From NCBI GenBank assembly GCA_017987895.1, contig JAGNSU010000002.1, forward strand, positions 64,074 through 128,073: 64,000 nucleotides of DNA. The letters run 5' to 3'. Under the pieces are notes generated by a model that was not told the origin of the DNA, searched no databases, and saw nothing but the letters and a program-made list of their open reading frames with translations. This DNA comes from Flavobacteriales bacterium (GTDB taxonomy: Bacteria > Bacteroidota > Bacteroidia > Flavobacteriales_F > PHOS-HE28). Made by a program: the position numbers and the translations under genes. Below are positions 15,662 through 24,992 of this stretch, one piece after another. The first letter of the stretch is position 1. Each line of letters opens with the position of its first letter.

Positions 15662-17791
15662 ATGAACACCTTCGATGCGAAACACATCAAGAACGTGGCC
15701 CTCCTGGGCAGCCATGGTGCAGGCAAGACGACGCTTGCGGAGACCATGCTGTTCGAGGCGGGCTTGATCACACGCCGAGGACGTGTGGAGGATGGCAATA
15801 CCGTGAGCGACCATACCGACCTCGAACATGAACGGGGGGGCTCGGTGTACGCTGCATGCATGCACACCGAATGGCGCAACTTCAAGATCAACATCATCGA
15901 TACCCCTGGTCTCGACGACCTGGTGGGGGAAACGATCCCGGCGTTGCGCATCGCGGACACCTGCCTTTTGCTGCTGAACGCCCACCACGGTGTGGAGGTG
16001 GGCACCGATCTGGTGTGGGAGCAAATGCAGCGCTTCGACCGGCCAGTGCTCATCGGTATCAATCAACTGGACCATGCGAACGCCGACTTCGACGCCACCT
16101 TGGCCCAAGCACAGGATCATTTCGGATCTGCCGTGACCGTTATGCAATACCCGGCCGAGCAAGGTGAAGGGTTCCATCGCATCATCGATCTGTTGAAGAT
16201 GACGATGTACGTGTTCAAGGACGCTGGCGGAAAACCGGAGAAGCAGCCCATCCCGGACAGCGAAAAGGAGCGCGCCGATGCGCTGCACAAAGTGCTCGTC
16301 GAGAAGGCCGCCGAGAACGATGAGACGTTGATGGAGCACTACTTCGAGAAGGGCGAGCTCGACGAGGACGAAATGCGCCTGGGCCTGAAGCTGGGCATGA
16401 TGAAGCGCACCGTGTTCCCGGTCTTCTGCCTGAGCGCCTTGCGCAACATGGGCAGCGGGCGCCTGATGGGCTTCATCGACAATGTGGCGCCGAGCGCAGT
16501 GGAAATGCCACCCTCCCCGCTCGCTGACGGCCGCGAACTGCCTTGCCGCGCGGACGGTCCGCCGGTTCTCTTCACCTTCAAGACCATCCTCGAGCCCCGC
16601 ACGGGCTGGATCACGCTGTTCAAGGTGATGAGCGGCGAGGTGAAGGCCGGCACCGACCTGATGAACGACAATACAGGCGCCAGCGAACGGATCGGGCAAT
16701 TGTTCATCGTGGAGGGCAAGGAGCGCAAACCGGTGGACAGTCTCGCGGCCGGTGATATCGGCGCCACGCTGAAGTTAAAGGACACGGCGACCGCGCACAC
16801 CCTTCATGCTCCGAACCAGGCCGTACGCTTGGTGCCGATCGAATTCCCCGCACCACGCTTGCGTGTTACCGTTCGTGCCAAAGACGGTAAGCTGGAAGAA
16901 AAGCTTCATGCGGCCTTGTTGGAAATGCACAAAGAGGACCCGACCGTAGTGCTCGAATACCTCCGCGAAAGCGCCGAACAGGTGCTGGGTGTTCAAGGCG
17001 AGTTGCACTTGAACCTGGTGAAGTGGAAGCTCGATCATCATTATAAGGTGGAAGCTGAGTTCGGATCACCCAAAGTCCCCTACCGGGAAACGATCCGTCG
17101 CTCGGCTGAGGCCTCCTACCGCCACAAGAAGCAGACGGGCGGAGCTGGGCAGTTCGGCGAGGTCCATCTTCGGATAGAGCCCTACACGGAAGGAATGCCC
17201 GAGCCGACCGGCGTCAGCTTGCGGGGTAAGGAGATCCATCCCCTGCCCACAGGCGGCTCCCTGGTTTTCTACAATTGCATCGTCGGCGGCGTGATCGACA
17301 ACAAGTTCATGCCGAGCATTCTGAAGGGCATCATGGAGAAGATGGACAAAGGACCGTTGACGGGCTCGCCTGCACGCGACATCCGTGTGATGGTGTACGA
17401 TGGCAAGATGCATCCGGTGGACAGCAACGACATCAGCTTCAAGATCGCCGGCCTGATGGCCTTCAAGGACGCGTTCACCCAGGCCGACCCGCTGCTCATG
17501 GAGCCGATCCACGAGATCGCGGTGCGCGTACCCGAGGACTTGATGGGCGATGTGATGACCGATCTGCAAGGTCGGCGGAGCGTGATCATGGGTGTAGAGT
17601 CGGAAGGCCGTTCGCAAGTGATCCGCGCGCACACTCCGCTCGCCGAACTGGACCGCTACAGCACCACCTTGCGCAGCCTTACCCAAGGTCGAGGCACCTA
17701 CACGGAGGCCTTCCATGCTTACCAGCCCGTGCCCCAAGATCTCCAGCATCGTTTGATCGGACAGCACAAGGAAGAGGCCGTGGAAGCCTGA
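15662..17791 (+). CDS. Elongation factor G paralogue (EF-G2-like) with degenerate GTPase motifs
   Basis: 709 aa from the ATG at 15662. EF-G domain order is recognisable. G1 is GSHGAGKT. G3 is DTPGL, with Leu in place of the catalytic His. G4 is NQLD instead of NKxD. Confidence 0.85.
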   Translation: MNTFDAKHIKNVALLGSHGAGKTTLAETMLFEAGLITRRGRVEDGNTVSDHTDLEHERGGSVYAACMHTEWRNFKINIIDTPGLDDLVGETIPALRIADTCLLLLNAHHGVEVGTDLVWEQMQRFDRPVLIGINQLDHANADFDATLAQAQDHFGSAVTVMQYPAEQGEGFHRIIDLLKMTMYVFKDAGGKPEKQPIPDSEKERADALHKVLVEKAAENDETLMEHYFEKGELDEDEMRLGLKLGMMKRTVFPVFCLSALRNMGSGRLMGFIDNVAPSAVEMPPSPLADGRELPCRADGPPVLFTFKTILEPRTGWITLFKVMSGEVKAGTDLMNDNTGASERIGQLFIVEGKERKPVDSLAAGDIGATLKLKDTATAHTLHAPNQAVRLVPIEFPAPRLRVTVRAKDGKLEEKLHAALLEMHKEDPTVVLEYLRESAEQVLGVQGELHLNLVKWKLDHHYKVEAEFGSPKVPYRETIRRSAEASYRHKKQTGGAGQFGEVHLRIEPYTEGMPEPTGVSLRGKEIHPLPTGGSLVFYNCIVGGVIDNKFMPSILKGIMEKMDKGPLTGSPARDIRVMVYDGKMHPVDSNDISFKIAGLMAFKDAFTQADPLLMEPIHEIAVRVPEDLMGDVMTDLQGRRSVIMGVESEGRSQVIRAHTPLAELDRYSTTLRSLTQGRGTYTEAFHAYQPVPQDLQHRLIGQHKEEAVEA

Positions 17792-17894
17792 AGGTGAGAA
17801 CTTGACAGTGCGCGAAGGCCCGGCGATACCGGGCTTTCGCATTTGGTCCCTGAAGGGATCCTGCCAACTTTGTGGACCCAAGCAAACCCTTCGC

Positions 17895-19151
17895 ATGGCA
17901 GTGGAAAAGGTGGATGTGATCGTGATCGGCGCAGGACCGAGCGGATGTGTGGCGGCCGCGCACCTGGCCCGACAAGGCCGCAAGGTGCTTGTGCTGGAAA
18001 AGCAGGTCTTTCCACGCCTGGTGGTCGGAGAAAGCCTTCTACCGCGCAGCATGGCGCATTGGGAGGAGACCGGCCTTTTGCCAGCGCTCGAAGCACAGAA
18101 CTATGCCCCGAAATTGGGCGCGCGTTTCGTACGCGGTGCAGAACTCATCGACCTCCGTTTCGGTGAGAACTTCACGCAAGGGTGGACCCGCACCTGGCAG
18201 GCGCCACGAGCCCATTTCGACAAGACCGCAGCCGATGCCACAGCCGCCCAGGGTGTGGATATCCGCTATGGCATTAGCGCGGAACGCGTCGATCTCGAAG
18301 CTGACGATGGTGTGATCGTTCAAGCCCGGGACGGCCACGGGGACCACTCCTTCCAAGCCCGATACCTCATCGACAGCAGCGGTTACGGAGGCACCCTGGT
18401 GAAATTGCTCGGGCTGCGCGACGACAAATGGCCGAACCCGCGCATGGCCGCATACACCCACGTTCGGGAACGTGACCGCGACAGTTGGAAAGAAGCCATG
18501 CAGATCACGTTCGAAGTGATGGCCGTTGATCTTTGGTTCTGGGTGATCCCCTTCTCGGATGGTACCACCTCGGTCGGCTTCGTGGGCGATCCACGCCACT
18601 TCGATCCGTTCACGCCAGGTCGACCCGTCGCCGAAGCTTTCGCTGAAATGGTCCTGCGCTCCGAGAATTTCCGGGAACGGTTCCAGGATCAGACCCCGCT
18701 TTGGGAGCCGCATGTGATCCGCGACTACAGCCACTACAACGAGAGATTGTACGGCCGCAATTACGTGCTCACGGGCAACTGCGCCGGATTCCTGGACCCT
18801 GTGTTCTCGAGCGGCGTGATGCTCGCCACGGAGAGCGGCCTGCTGGCGGCCAAGCTGGTGGAACGGATCCTACAGGGTGGTGCGGTGGACTGGGAGACCG
18901 AGTACAGCGATCACATCCGTCACGGTGCGGCGGTGTTCCGCAGCTACATCGAAGGTTGGTACAACGGCGATCTGCAGACCATTTTCTTCAATCCGACCAT
19001 GGAACCACGCATCAAGGAGCAGATCATTTCCGTGCTGGCAGGCTATGTGTGGGACATGCAGAACCCGTTCGTGAGACGGCATGACCGCATCCTTTCCCAA
19101 TTGGCATCGCTGGTGCGCGCGGGCAATGGTGCGGCCATTGAAGCGCAGTGA
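17895..19151 (+). CDS. FAD-dependent oxidoreductase, flavin-dependent halogenase-like
   Basis: The ATG at 17895 gives MAVEKVDVIVIGAGPSGCVAAAHLA (GxGxxG). WFWVIP matches the WxWxIP halogenase hallmark. Confidence 0.75.
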   Translation: MAVEKVDVIVIGAGPSGCVAAAHLARQGRKVLVLEKQVFPRLVVGESLLPRSMAHWEETGLLPALEAQNYAPKLGARFVRGAELIDLRFGENFTQGWTRTWQAPRAHFDKTAADATAAQGVDIRYGISAERVDLEADDGVIVQARDGHGDHSFQARYLIDSSGYGGTLVKLLGLRDDKWPNPRMAAYTHVRERDRDSWKEAMQITFEVMAVDLWFWVIPFSDGTTSVGFVGDPRHFDPFTPGRPVAEAFAEMVLRSENFRERFQDQTPLWEPHVIRDYSHYNERLYGRNYVLTGNCAGFLDPVFSSGVMLATESGLLAAKLVERILQGGAVDWETEYSDHIRHGAAVFRSYIEGWYNGDLQTIFFNPTMEPRIKEQIISVLAGYVWDMQNPFVRRHDRILSQLASLVRAGNGAAIEAQ

Positions 19152-19157
19152 GCCCAT

Positions 19158-21029
19158 TTAGTTCTTCTCCCGTTTTCCCTTGGGCACCGGTGCCGGGGCC
19201 GCGACCTCTTTCTTATCGTTGGATGGATCCATGTCCGCCAGGCGTCCGGCGCTGAACAGTTCAGCGCTGTTCCAAATACCGGGCACCCGAAGTGTAAAGG
19301 TGGGTTCCGGCCATGACCACGACCGTGCGCTCGTGAACGGATAGGATTCGCTACCGGTCGGCTTCGCCCCACGCATCAGCGAAAGCGGAATGTGTACCAC
19401 CGCGCTCGCCCCCCCCGTGTTCGCGAGCCGCACATCCACTGGCATCAGCATACCACCCAACCGCCGAACGCGCACTTGCGTGCTATCGCCTATGTCGAAG
19501 ATCGTATCAATGGCGTAGTCCGTTACGCGGACGGTGTTGATCCACTCATCGAAGTACCAATCCAGCTCCAGGCCGCTCGCCTTTTCCATGCTGCGCTCCA
19601 GATCCACAGGCATCGGGTGTTTGAACCGGCAAGCATCGAAGTACCGCAAGAGACCTTGCCGCATGGTGGTTTCACCGATCACGTACCCGAGTTGCTGAAG
19701 GAACATTTCGCCCTTGCTGTAGGCCGTGATCCCATAAGCGCGATTGGTCTCGAAATGATCGCCGTGGACGCTCATGGGTTCGTGTTCCGGCATCGCCATC
19801 AGCGCGCGATACCCTTCATATGCGCTGGCGTGAGGATCCGCCGTGCCGCCAAATAGGTGCTGCATCACTTTCGACCCTGCATATTCCGTGAACCCTTCGT
19901 CCATCCAGGGGAAATGACCCTCGTCGCTCGCCAGCACACCATAGTACCAGCTATGCACGCTCTCATGCACGCTCACGCCTACCAAACTGCCCAGCTTCCG
20001 CTTACCGGTGATCAGGGTAAGCATGGGGTACTCCATACCACCGTCCCCGCCTTGCGCGATCGTATACTCCGGCCAGGGGTAGCGGCCGAACTGCTCGGAC
20101 ATGAACTGAAAGGACCGCACCATGTGCGCCGGTAGTTGTTCCCATTCAGCGCGAAGTTCCGGGGTGTCCTGAAAGAAGAAGCGCAACAAGGGACCGTTGG
20201 GGACCTGCGCGGTGATCTGGGTGAATTCCGGATCGGCGACCCAGGCCACGTCATGCACGCTATCCGCTTTGAAGTGCCATTGAGCGTGGCCGTCGCCCCC
20301 TCGCACGGGAGCCGGTTCGGGCGCATACCCATGTCCGACCTCCTCGGGGTTCTGCAATACGCCGGTAGCCGCAACGGTGTACGCACTGTCAAGTGAGATC
20401 TCCACGTCATAGTTGCCCCATTCCCCGTAGAACTCACGACCCACATAGGGCTCGGCATGCCACCCACGCGCATCGTACGCGGCCACCTTTGGATACCACT
20501 GGGTCATGCTATAGGCCACCCCTTCCGCATTATTGCGCCCCGATCGCCGAACCTGTACAGGCACTTGGCCACTGAACCGTAATTCGACCTCACCTGTGCT
20601 ACCCGGAGGAATGGCGCTGGCCAATCGAGCGCGCAGAACCGTTCCCAAATGCTCCAACCGCGCGGCCTTCCCGGCTTGTGTCATGCTGCCAACGCGCAGT
20701 TCGCCTTGCTCCTCCGGCGCGAGCGCCGCGATCCGTGAGCCCACCCGTGGATCCGGGTCCGCGATGGTGCGCGATCGCACGTCCATTTCGCTGCCCGGCC
20801 TGAACGCGTTGAAATAAAGGTGGAACCAGAGTTCCTGGATGGTGTCCGGACTGTTGTTGGTGTACCGTAACCGCTCGGTCCCTGCGAAACGATGGGTCCG
20901 AACGTCCAGGTCCACCGTCAGCGCTACTTGGATCCACTGCTGCCAGCGGTCGCATTGGCACATGGTGGGAGAAGTAGAAAGGAAGGCGGCAGCGGAAACG
21001 GCCAGGTAACACGAACGGGGGAAGCTCAT
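19158..21029 (-). CDS. M1 family (gluzincin) metallopeptidase
   Basis: 623-aa ORF. HESVHSWYYG (HExxH) is followed by WMDEGFTEYAG. The N-terminus is hydrophobic. Confidence 0.85.
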   Translation of the reverse strand: MSFPRSCYLAVSAAAFLSTSPTMCQCDRWQQWIQVALTVDLDVRTHRFAGTERLRYTNNSPDTIQELWFHLYFNAFRPGSEMDVRSRTIADPDPRVGSRIAALAPEEQGELRVGSMTQAGKAARLEHLGTVLRARLASAIPPGSTGEVELRFSGQVPVQVRRSGRNNAEGVAYSMTQWYPKVAAYDARGWHAEPYVGREFYGEWGNYDVEISLDSAYTVAATGVLQNPEEVGHGYAPEPAPVRGGDGHAQWHFKADSVHDVAWVADPEFTQITAQVPNGPLLRFFFQDTPELRAEWEQLPAHMVRSFQFMSEQFGRYPWPEYTIAQGGDGGMEYPMLTLITGKRKLGSLVGVSVHESVHSWYYGVLASDEGHFPWMDEGFTEYAGSKVMQHLFGGTADPHASAYEGYRALMAMPEHEPMSVHGDHFETNRAYGITAYSKGEMFLQQLGYVIGETTMRQGLLRYFDACRFKHPMPVDLERSMEKASGLELDWYFDEWINTVRVTDYAIDTIFDIGDSTQVRVRRLGGMLMPVDVRLANTGGASAVVHIPLSLMRGAKPTGSESYPFTSARSWSWPEPTFTLRVPGIWNSAELFSAGRLADMDPSNDKKEVAAPAPVPKGKREKN

Positions 21030-21207
21030 GGGGCAAAGATGGGATCTCGCCCGATGCCCAGTTCTCGTGCCCGGTGATAGCCAGCGCGATCCGGGGCGAA
21101 CGCTAGGAGCCTGTTTATGATCTCTTCAAATGCGTTCTCCGGCCTCTTTTCCGCCGAGGCGAAGAATAGTCTCGGAGCCCATCATTCAAGAGATCATGAA
21201 CAGGCTC

Positions 21208-21699
21208 TCAGGACAGGAGGCGCTGGCGCAACGCGAACTCCAATTGACGGTTCGATTCCAGCAATTGCTGGGTGTAGGCCGTGCGATCCCGTTCCGCGCG
21301 AACTTCCGAGAAGGCCGCGTTGACAAGATGGCGCACCTGGTCCGGGTCCCATGGCTTGGTGATGTAGTTGATGACCCCTCCCTGATTGATGGCATCGACC
21401 AGCGCCTGCAGATCGGAATAGCCCGTAAGGAGCATCCGACGCACCTGCGGAAAGTGCTCGCGCACCAGCCTCAGCAACTCGCTACCGGGGGTGCCTGGCA
21501 TGCGTTGATCGGTGATCAGTACATCCACCCCCCGGTTGGAGAGGAAAAGCCAAGCTTCCTCCATTCCCGAGGCGGTCATCACATCGAACTCCTTCCGGAA
21601 GGCAGCATGGAACGCCTGGCGGTTGCCTGCGTCGTCATCCACGAACAGGACCCGGGGGATATCGGTGCGGCCGTCGATGTCAAGTATGCGTGCGGACAT
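21208..21699 (-). CDS. Stand-alone response regulator receiver (REC) protein with C-terminal coiled tail
   Basis: The ATG at 21699 gives MSARILDIDGRTDIPRVLFVDDD. DQRMPGTPG, LLTGYSD and ITKPWD motifs are present. Divergent from the 21873 operon. Confidence 0.85.
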   Translation of the reverse strand: MSARILDIDGRTDIPRVLFVDDDAGNRQAFHAAFRKEFDVMTASGMEEAWLFLSNRGVDVLITDQRMPGTPGSELLRLVREHFPQVRRMLLTGYSDLQALVDAINQGGVINYITKPWDPDQVRHLVNAAFSEVRAERDRTAYTQQLLESNRQLEFALRQRLLS

Positions 21700-21789
21700 G
21701 GAACTGGCGCTGCGTGTGGGTTGCAACGGACTTTAGCTACGAAAGGAAGGGGCTACGGGTTTCGCATCCGGGTCCGGGATGTTGAGAAA

Positions 21790-21819
21790 TTGTTCATAAT
21801 CCAACGATTTTTAGCTTTG
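21790..21819 (+). promoter_or_regulatory. Candidate Bacteroidota sigma-A promoter: TTG-N19-TAGCTTTG
   Basis: TTG at 21790-21792, a 19-nt spacer, TAGCTTTG at 21812-21819. It lies 53 nt upstream of the ATG at 21873. Confidence 0.4.
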
Positions 21820-21872
21820 AGCCGCCAAGCCTTCGTTGGCACTGCTCCGGTACCAATCTCTCTTCAGGAACA

Positions 21873-24191
21873 ATGGACAAGGTGCTCAGCGCGCTTCAGC
21901 GTGGGGTAACGGGGGATGTGCGCCAGCACACGCCGCTCTTCTTCCGCCTAGGCCGTCCGGAGGACCGCGCGGCTTTGGCGGGCCTCCTAGCAGTAGGTCC
22001 GTATATCCAGGTCCACGATACACTGCAGAGCCAACTGACCGAACTGGCCCGGACGCTGGATCCTTCCCAGCGGTTCACCAAGGAAAGTCTGCGGGAGGCT
22101 GCCCTGGCCCAATTGGGCGGGACCGCCTCTGAGGAATACGGCGTATGGGTCTACTACCCATGGAGCCAACGCTTGGTGCATCTGCTGGACGAGCAGGAAT
22201 TCATCCGTGTGCGCACGGACCGGAACCGCAACAAGATCACAAGGGACGAACAGGACACCCTAGCCACCAAACGGATCGGCGTGATCGGGCTCTCGGTGGG
22301 GCAATCGGTCTGTCTCACCATGGCCTTGGAGCGAAGCTTCGGGGAGCTGCGCATCGCCGACCACGATCATCTGGACCTGAGCAACCTGAACCGCCTCCGC
22401 AGTGGGGTGCATCAACTCGGCTTGGCCAAAACAGTGAACGTGGCCCAGGAGATCGCGGAGATCGACCCCTTTCTCCGTGTGACCTGCTTCCATGAAGGGA
22501 TCACCGCCGACAACATCGACGGTTTCCTGACCCAAGGCGGAAGGCTCGATGTGTTGGTGGAGGAATGCGATAGTGTGGACATCAAGATCCTCGCTCGCCA
22601 GCGCGCCAAAGCGCACGGAATACCCGTGGTGATGGATACCAGCGACCGGGGTATGATCGATGTGGAACGGTTCGACATCGAACCCACGCGGCCGATCATG
22701 CATGGATCGGTGGAGCACCTCGACCTGGACCTCGCCTCCAGGGTGCTCACGATGGAGGAGAAGCTTCCGTTCGTGATCCCGATGATGGGCCTCGAGAAGT
22801 TGAGCGGTCGCATGAAGGCCAGCATGCTCGAGATCGAGAGCAGCGTGACCACTTGGCCACAGCTCGCAACCAGCGTGGTGATGGGTGGCGCTGCCGTGGG
22901 CGACATCTGCCGGAGGATCTTGCTCGATCAACATCAGGAAAGCGGACGTTGGTTCCTTGACCTGGAGGACCTGATCCCCTGCGCGGTCGGAACGAGCGTC
23001 GGGCACGCCGCACCTCGCCCGACCCCTGAATCCCTGTCGAGCCTGGAAATGGAGCGTATCAGGGAACGGTGCGTAGAGATCCTCCACACCCCCCAGCCTC
23101 TTTCATCGGAGCACGCCAGGGCGATCGCGGAGGCAGGCGCGTTGGCGCCATCCGGTGGCAATGTTCAACCGTGGCGTTTCTATTACGACGGATCGGCCCT
23201 ATTGCTCTTCCATGATACCGCGATAAGCCATTCGGAACTGGATGGTGCGCACCTGGTGCCGACCATCGGGCTGGGGGCCTGTCTGGAGAATATGCTGCTC
23301 AAGGCGCGATCCCTTGGGATCAATGCGCGCACTGACCTCTATCCCTTGAAGGACGAACCGCGTCTGGTGGCCATTTTGGCGGCGGGCCGCCCAGACACCG
23401 TGTTACCCGATCCGTTGGCCGGGATGATCGCAGAGCGATGCACGAACCGACGCACGCCTTCCCGGATCCCGATCGCTCCCGCTGACCTGGCAGCATTGGT
23501 CGATGCTGGCAACGTCATCTCGGGGTGTGCTGTGCAGGTCCTGACCTCGAAGGATGATCTCGACAGGATCGCGGAGTTGGTGGGGATGGCCGAACGCATT
23601 CGAATACTGAACCCGATCGGTCATGAGGAGTTGTTCCACCGCGAGTTGAGGTGGACCAAGGAGGAAGCGCAACGCTCCCGCGACGGCCTTGATCTGGACA
23701 CTTTTGAAATGAGCCTGGCACAGCGCACGGCGCTGGGCGTGGCCGCCGACAGAGAAGCCATCGCACTGGTGCGGTCATGGAGGGGTGGCATGGGCTTTAC
23801 GCGCATCTCCGGCGATGTGATCCGAGCATCGAGCGCGGTGGTTCTGATCAGCGGCGTTGACGCCGGATCGAACGGCGCACTTCTTGGCGGACAGTGCATG
23901 GAACGCGTATGGCTCGCCGCAACGAGCCTCCAGCTAGCTGTGCATCCCATATCCGCCCCCATCCTTCTCGCGCACCACGTTCGGTTCGGTGGCGGCTATG
24001 GACTGAACGAAGTGGAGCAACTCGAGATCCTGGACTGCTTCCAGCGCATGCGACACCTATTTCCCGATCCCGCTGGCGAACCGCTCTTCCTGATGCGCCT
24101 CGCACATGCGGATCCGCCTTCCGCGCGTAGCTTGCGCAGGCCTTTGGAGGCGCTGTTCGCTCAACGTGGATCACAAAGCGTTCGACCATGA
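21873..24191 (+). CDS. ThiF/E1-like adenylyltransferase domain fused to two nitroreductase-like domains (Rv1355c/MoeY-type architecture)
   Basis: 772-aa ORF. RIGVIGLSVGQS and DHDHLDLSNLNRL are E1/ThiF motifs. APSGGNVQPWRF and a second C-terminal nitroreductase-like half follow. Confidence 0.8.
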   Translation: MDKVLSALQRGVTGDVRQHTPLFFRLGRPEDRAALAGLLAVGPYIQVHDTLQSQLTELARTLDPSQRFTKESLREAALAQLGGTASEEYGVWVYYPWSQRLVHLLDEQEFIRVRTDRNRNKITRDEQDTLATKRIGVIGLSVGQSVCLTMALERSFGELRIADHDHLDLSNLNRLRSGVHQLGLAKTVNVAQEIAEIDPFLRVTCFHEGITADNIDGFLTQGGRLDVLVEECDSVDIKILARQRAKAHGIPVVMDTSDRGMIDVERFDIEPTRPIMHGSVEHLDLDLASRVLTMEEKLPFVIPMMGLEKLSGRMKASMLEIESSVTTWPQLATSVVMGGAAVGDICRRILLDQHQESGRWFLDLEDLIPCAVGTSVGHAAPRPTPESLSSLEMERIRERCVEILHTPQPLSSEHARAIAEAGALAPSGGNVQPWRFYYDGSALLLFHDTAISHSELDGAHLVPTIGLGACLENMLLKARSLGINARTDLYPLKDEPRLVAILAAGRPDTVLPDPLAGMIAERCTNRRTPSRIPIAPADLAALVDAGNVISGCAVQVLTSKDDLDRIAELVGMAERIRILNPIGHEELFHRELRWTKEEAQRSRDGLDLDTFEMSLAQRTALGVAADREAIALVRSWRGGMGFTRISGDVIRASSAVVLISGVDAGSNGALLGGQCMERVWLAATSLQLAVHPISAPILLAHHVRFGGGYGLNEVEQLEILDCFQRMRHLFPDPAGEPLFLMRLAHADPPSARSLRRPLEALFAQRGSQSVRP

Positions 24192-24943
24192 TGGACACAC
24201 TGCACCTGATGGCTTTCAAAGCCCCCGACAGACCCGACCTGTGCGCTGAATTCCTCCATCAGCACGAGCTGGTCCTCGCAGAGTTGGGGATCCCCCTGGT
24301 CGTGAAAGCCGACGGATCATGGATCCATGACCCGTTCTGCTATGTGATCGTGGCCACCCACCCCACGGAGGGAATGGTCGGAGGTATCCGCTTGCAGCTT
24401 GATCACAACCCCGAGCGTAGCCTTCCACTGGCAGCTTCCCTGCGCAGCCTCGCGCCGGATATCCACGCTGTGCTGGATCAGTTGCGGCCCTTCGGGAACG
24501 GCGAGGTATGTGGACTTTGGAGCGCGAGCCGCTATGCGAACCGCGGGGTCACTGTTCTCTTGAGTTTGGCGGTCACGACGATAGCTCCAATGGTCGGTGC
24601 GAATCGGTTGGTCTGTTTCGTTGGCCATCACACCAAACGCCACCCGGAAAGGAACGGGTTCGTTCCGATGGCCGGCATCGGCGATCGCGGCGTGTTCGAT
24701 TATCCCACTTCGGAGTTCCGGTCCGTTGTTATGGTGAACCCGGATACCATTCTGCTGCCGTATGCGGACCCCAACCACCGGAAAGCGATCTACAGTTTGC
24801 GGCTGCGGCCTGACCAAACGCGGGAGGAACAACCGGCCCGCTTGCGACTCGAGGTCCGTTATGATCTGATCGTCGCGGCCGGGGTCATCGATCTGGTCGC
24901 GTACAGAATGATCTCCGAAGAGCGGTTCCGCCATACCGGATAG
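24188..24943 (+). CDS. Hypothetical protein with GNAT-like (acyltransferase/N-acyl synthase-like) pattern, translationally coupled to the upstream gene
   Basis: 251-aa ORF. Its ATG overlaps the upstream TGA (ATGA at 24188-24191). The segments VIVATHPTEGMVGGIRLQL and GEVCGLWSASRYANRGVTVLLSLAV...NGF resemble GNAT beta2-3 and beta4-alpha3. The fold call is inference only. Confidence 0.55.
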   Translation: MMDTLHLMAFKAPDRPDLCAEFLHQHELVLAELGIPLVVKADGSWIHDPFCYVIVATHPTEGMVGGIRLQLDHNPERSLPLAASLRSLAPDIHAVLDQLRPFGNGEVCGLWSASRYANRGVTVLLSLAVTTIAPMVGANRLVCFVGHHTKRHPERNGFVPMAGIGDRGVFDYPTSEFRSVVMVNPDTILLPYADPNHRKAIYSLRLRPDQTREEQPARLRLEVRYDLIVAAGVIDLVAYRMISEERFRHTG

Positions 24944-24992
24944 CGCCACGAGGCTCGCAACCTCCGGCCTGTGGGGAACGTAGGAGCGGCCG

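Noticed and set aside
15149-16699. 516-aa minus-strand ORF; similar long antisense ORFs at 17066-18052, 36701-37792, 40083-40772, 41874-42809, 43204-44403, 45358-46029, 49149-50576, 52384-53532, 56706-58034 and 61987-62934
   Set aside because: All lie opposite genes with strong family signatures. They translate to His/Arg/Gly/Ala-rich low-complexity sequence with no motifs, as expected from GC-rich third positions on the real coding strand.
21873-24943. Interpretation as a thiazole/oxazole (TOMM-type) RiPP cluster
   Set aside because: No YcaO cyclodehydratase, precursor peptide ORF or transporter is visible in or around the locus. Only the domain resemblance is retained as a hypothesis.
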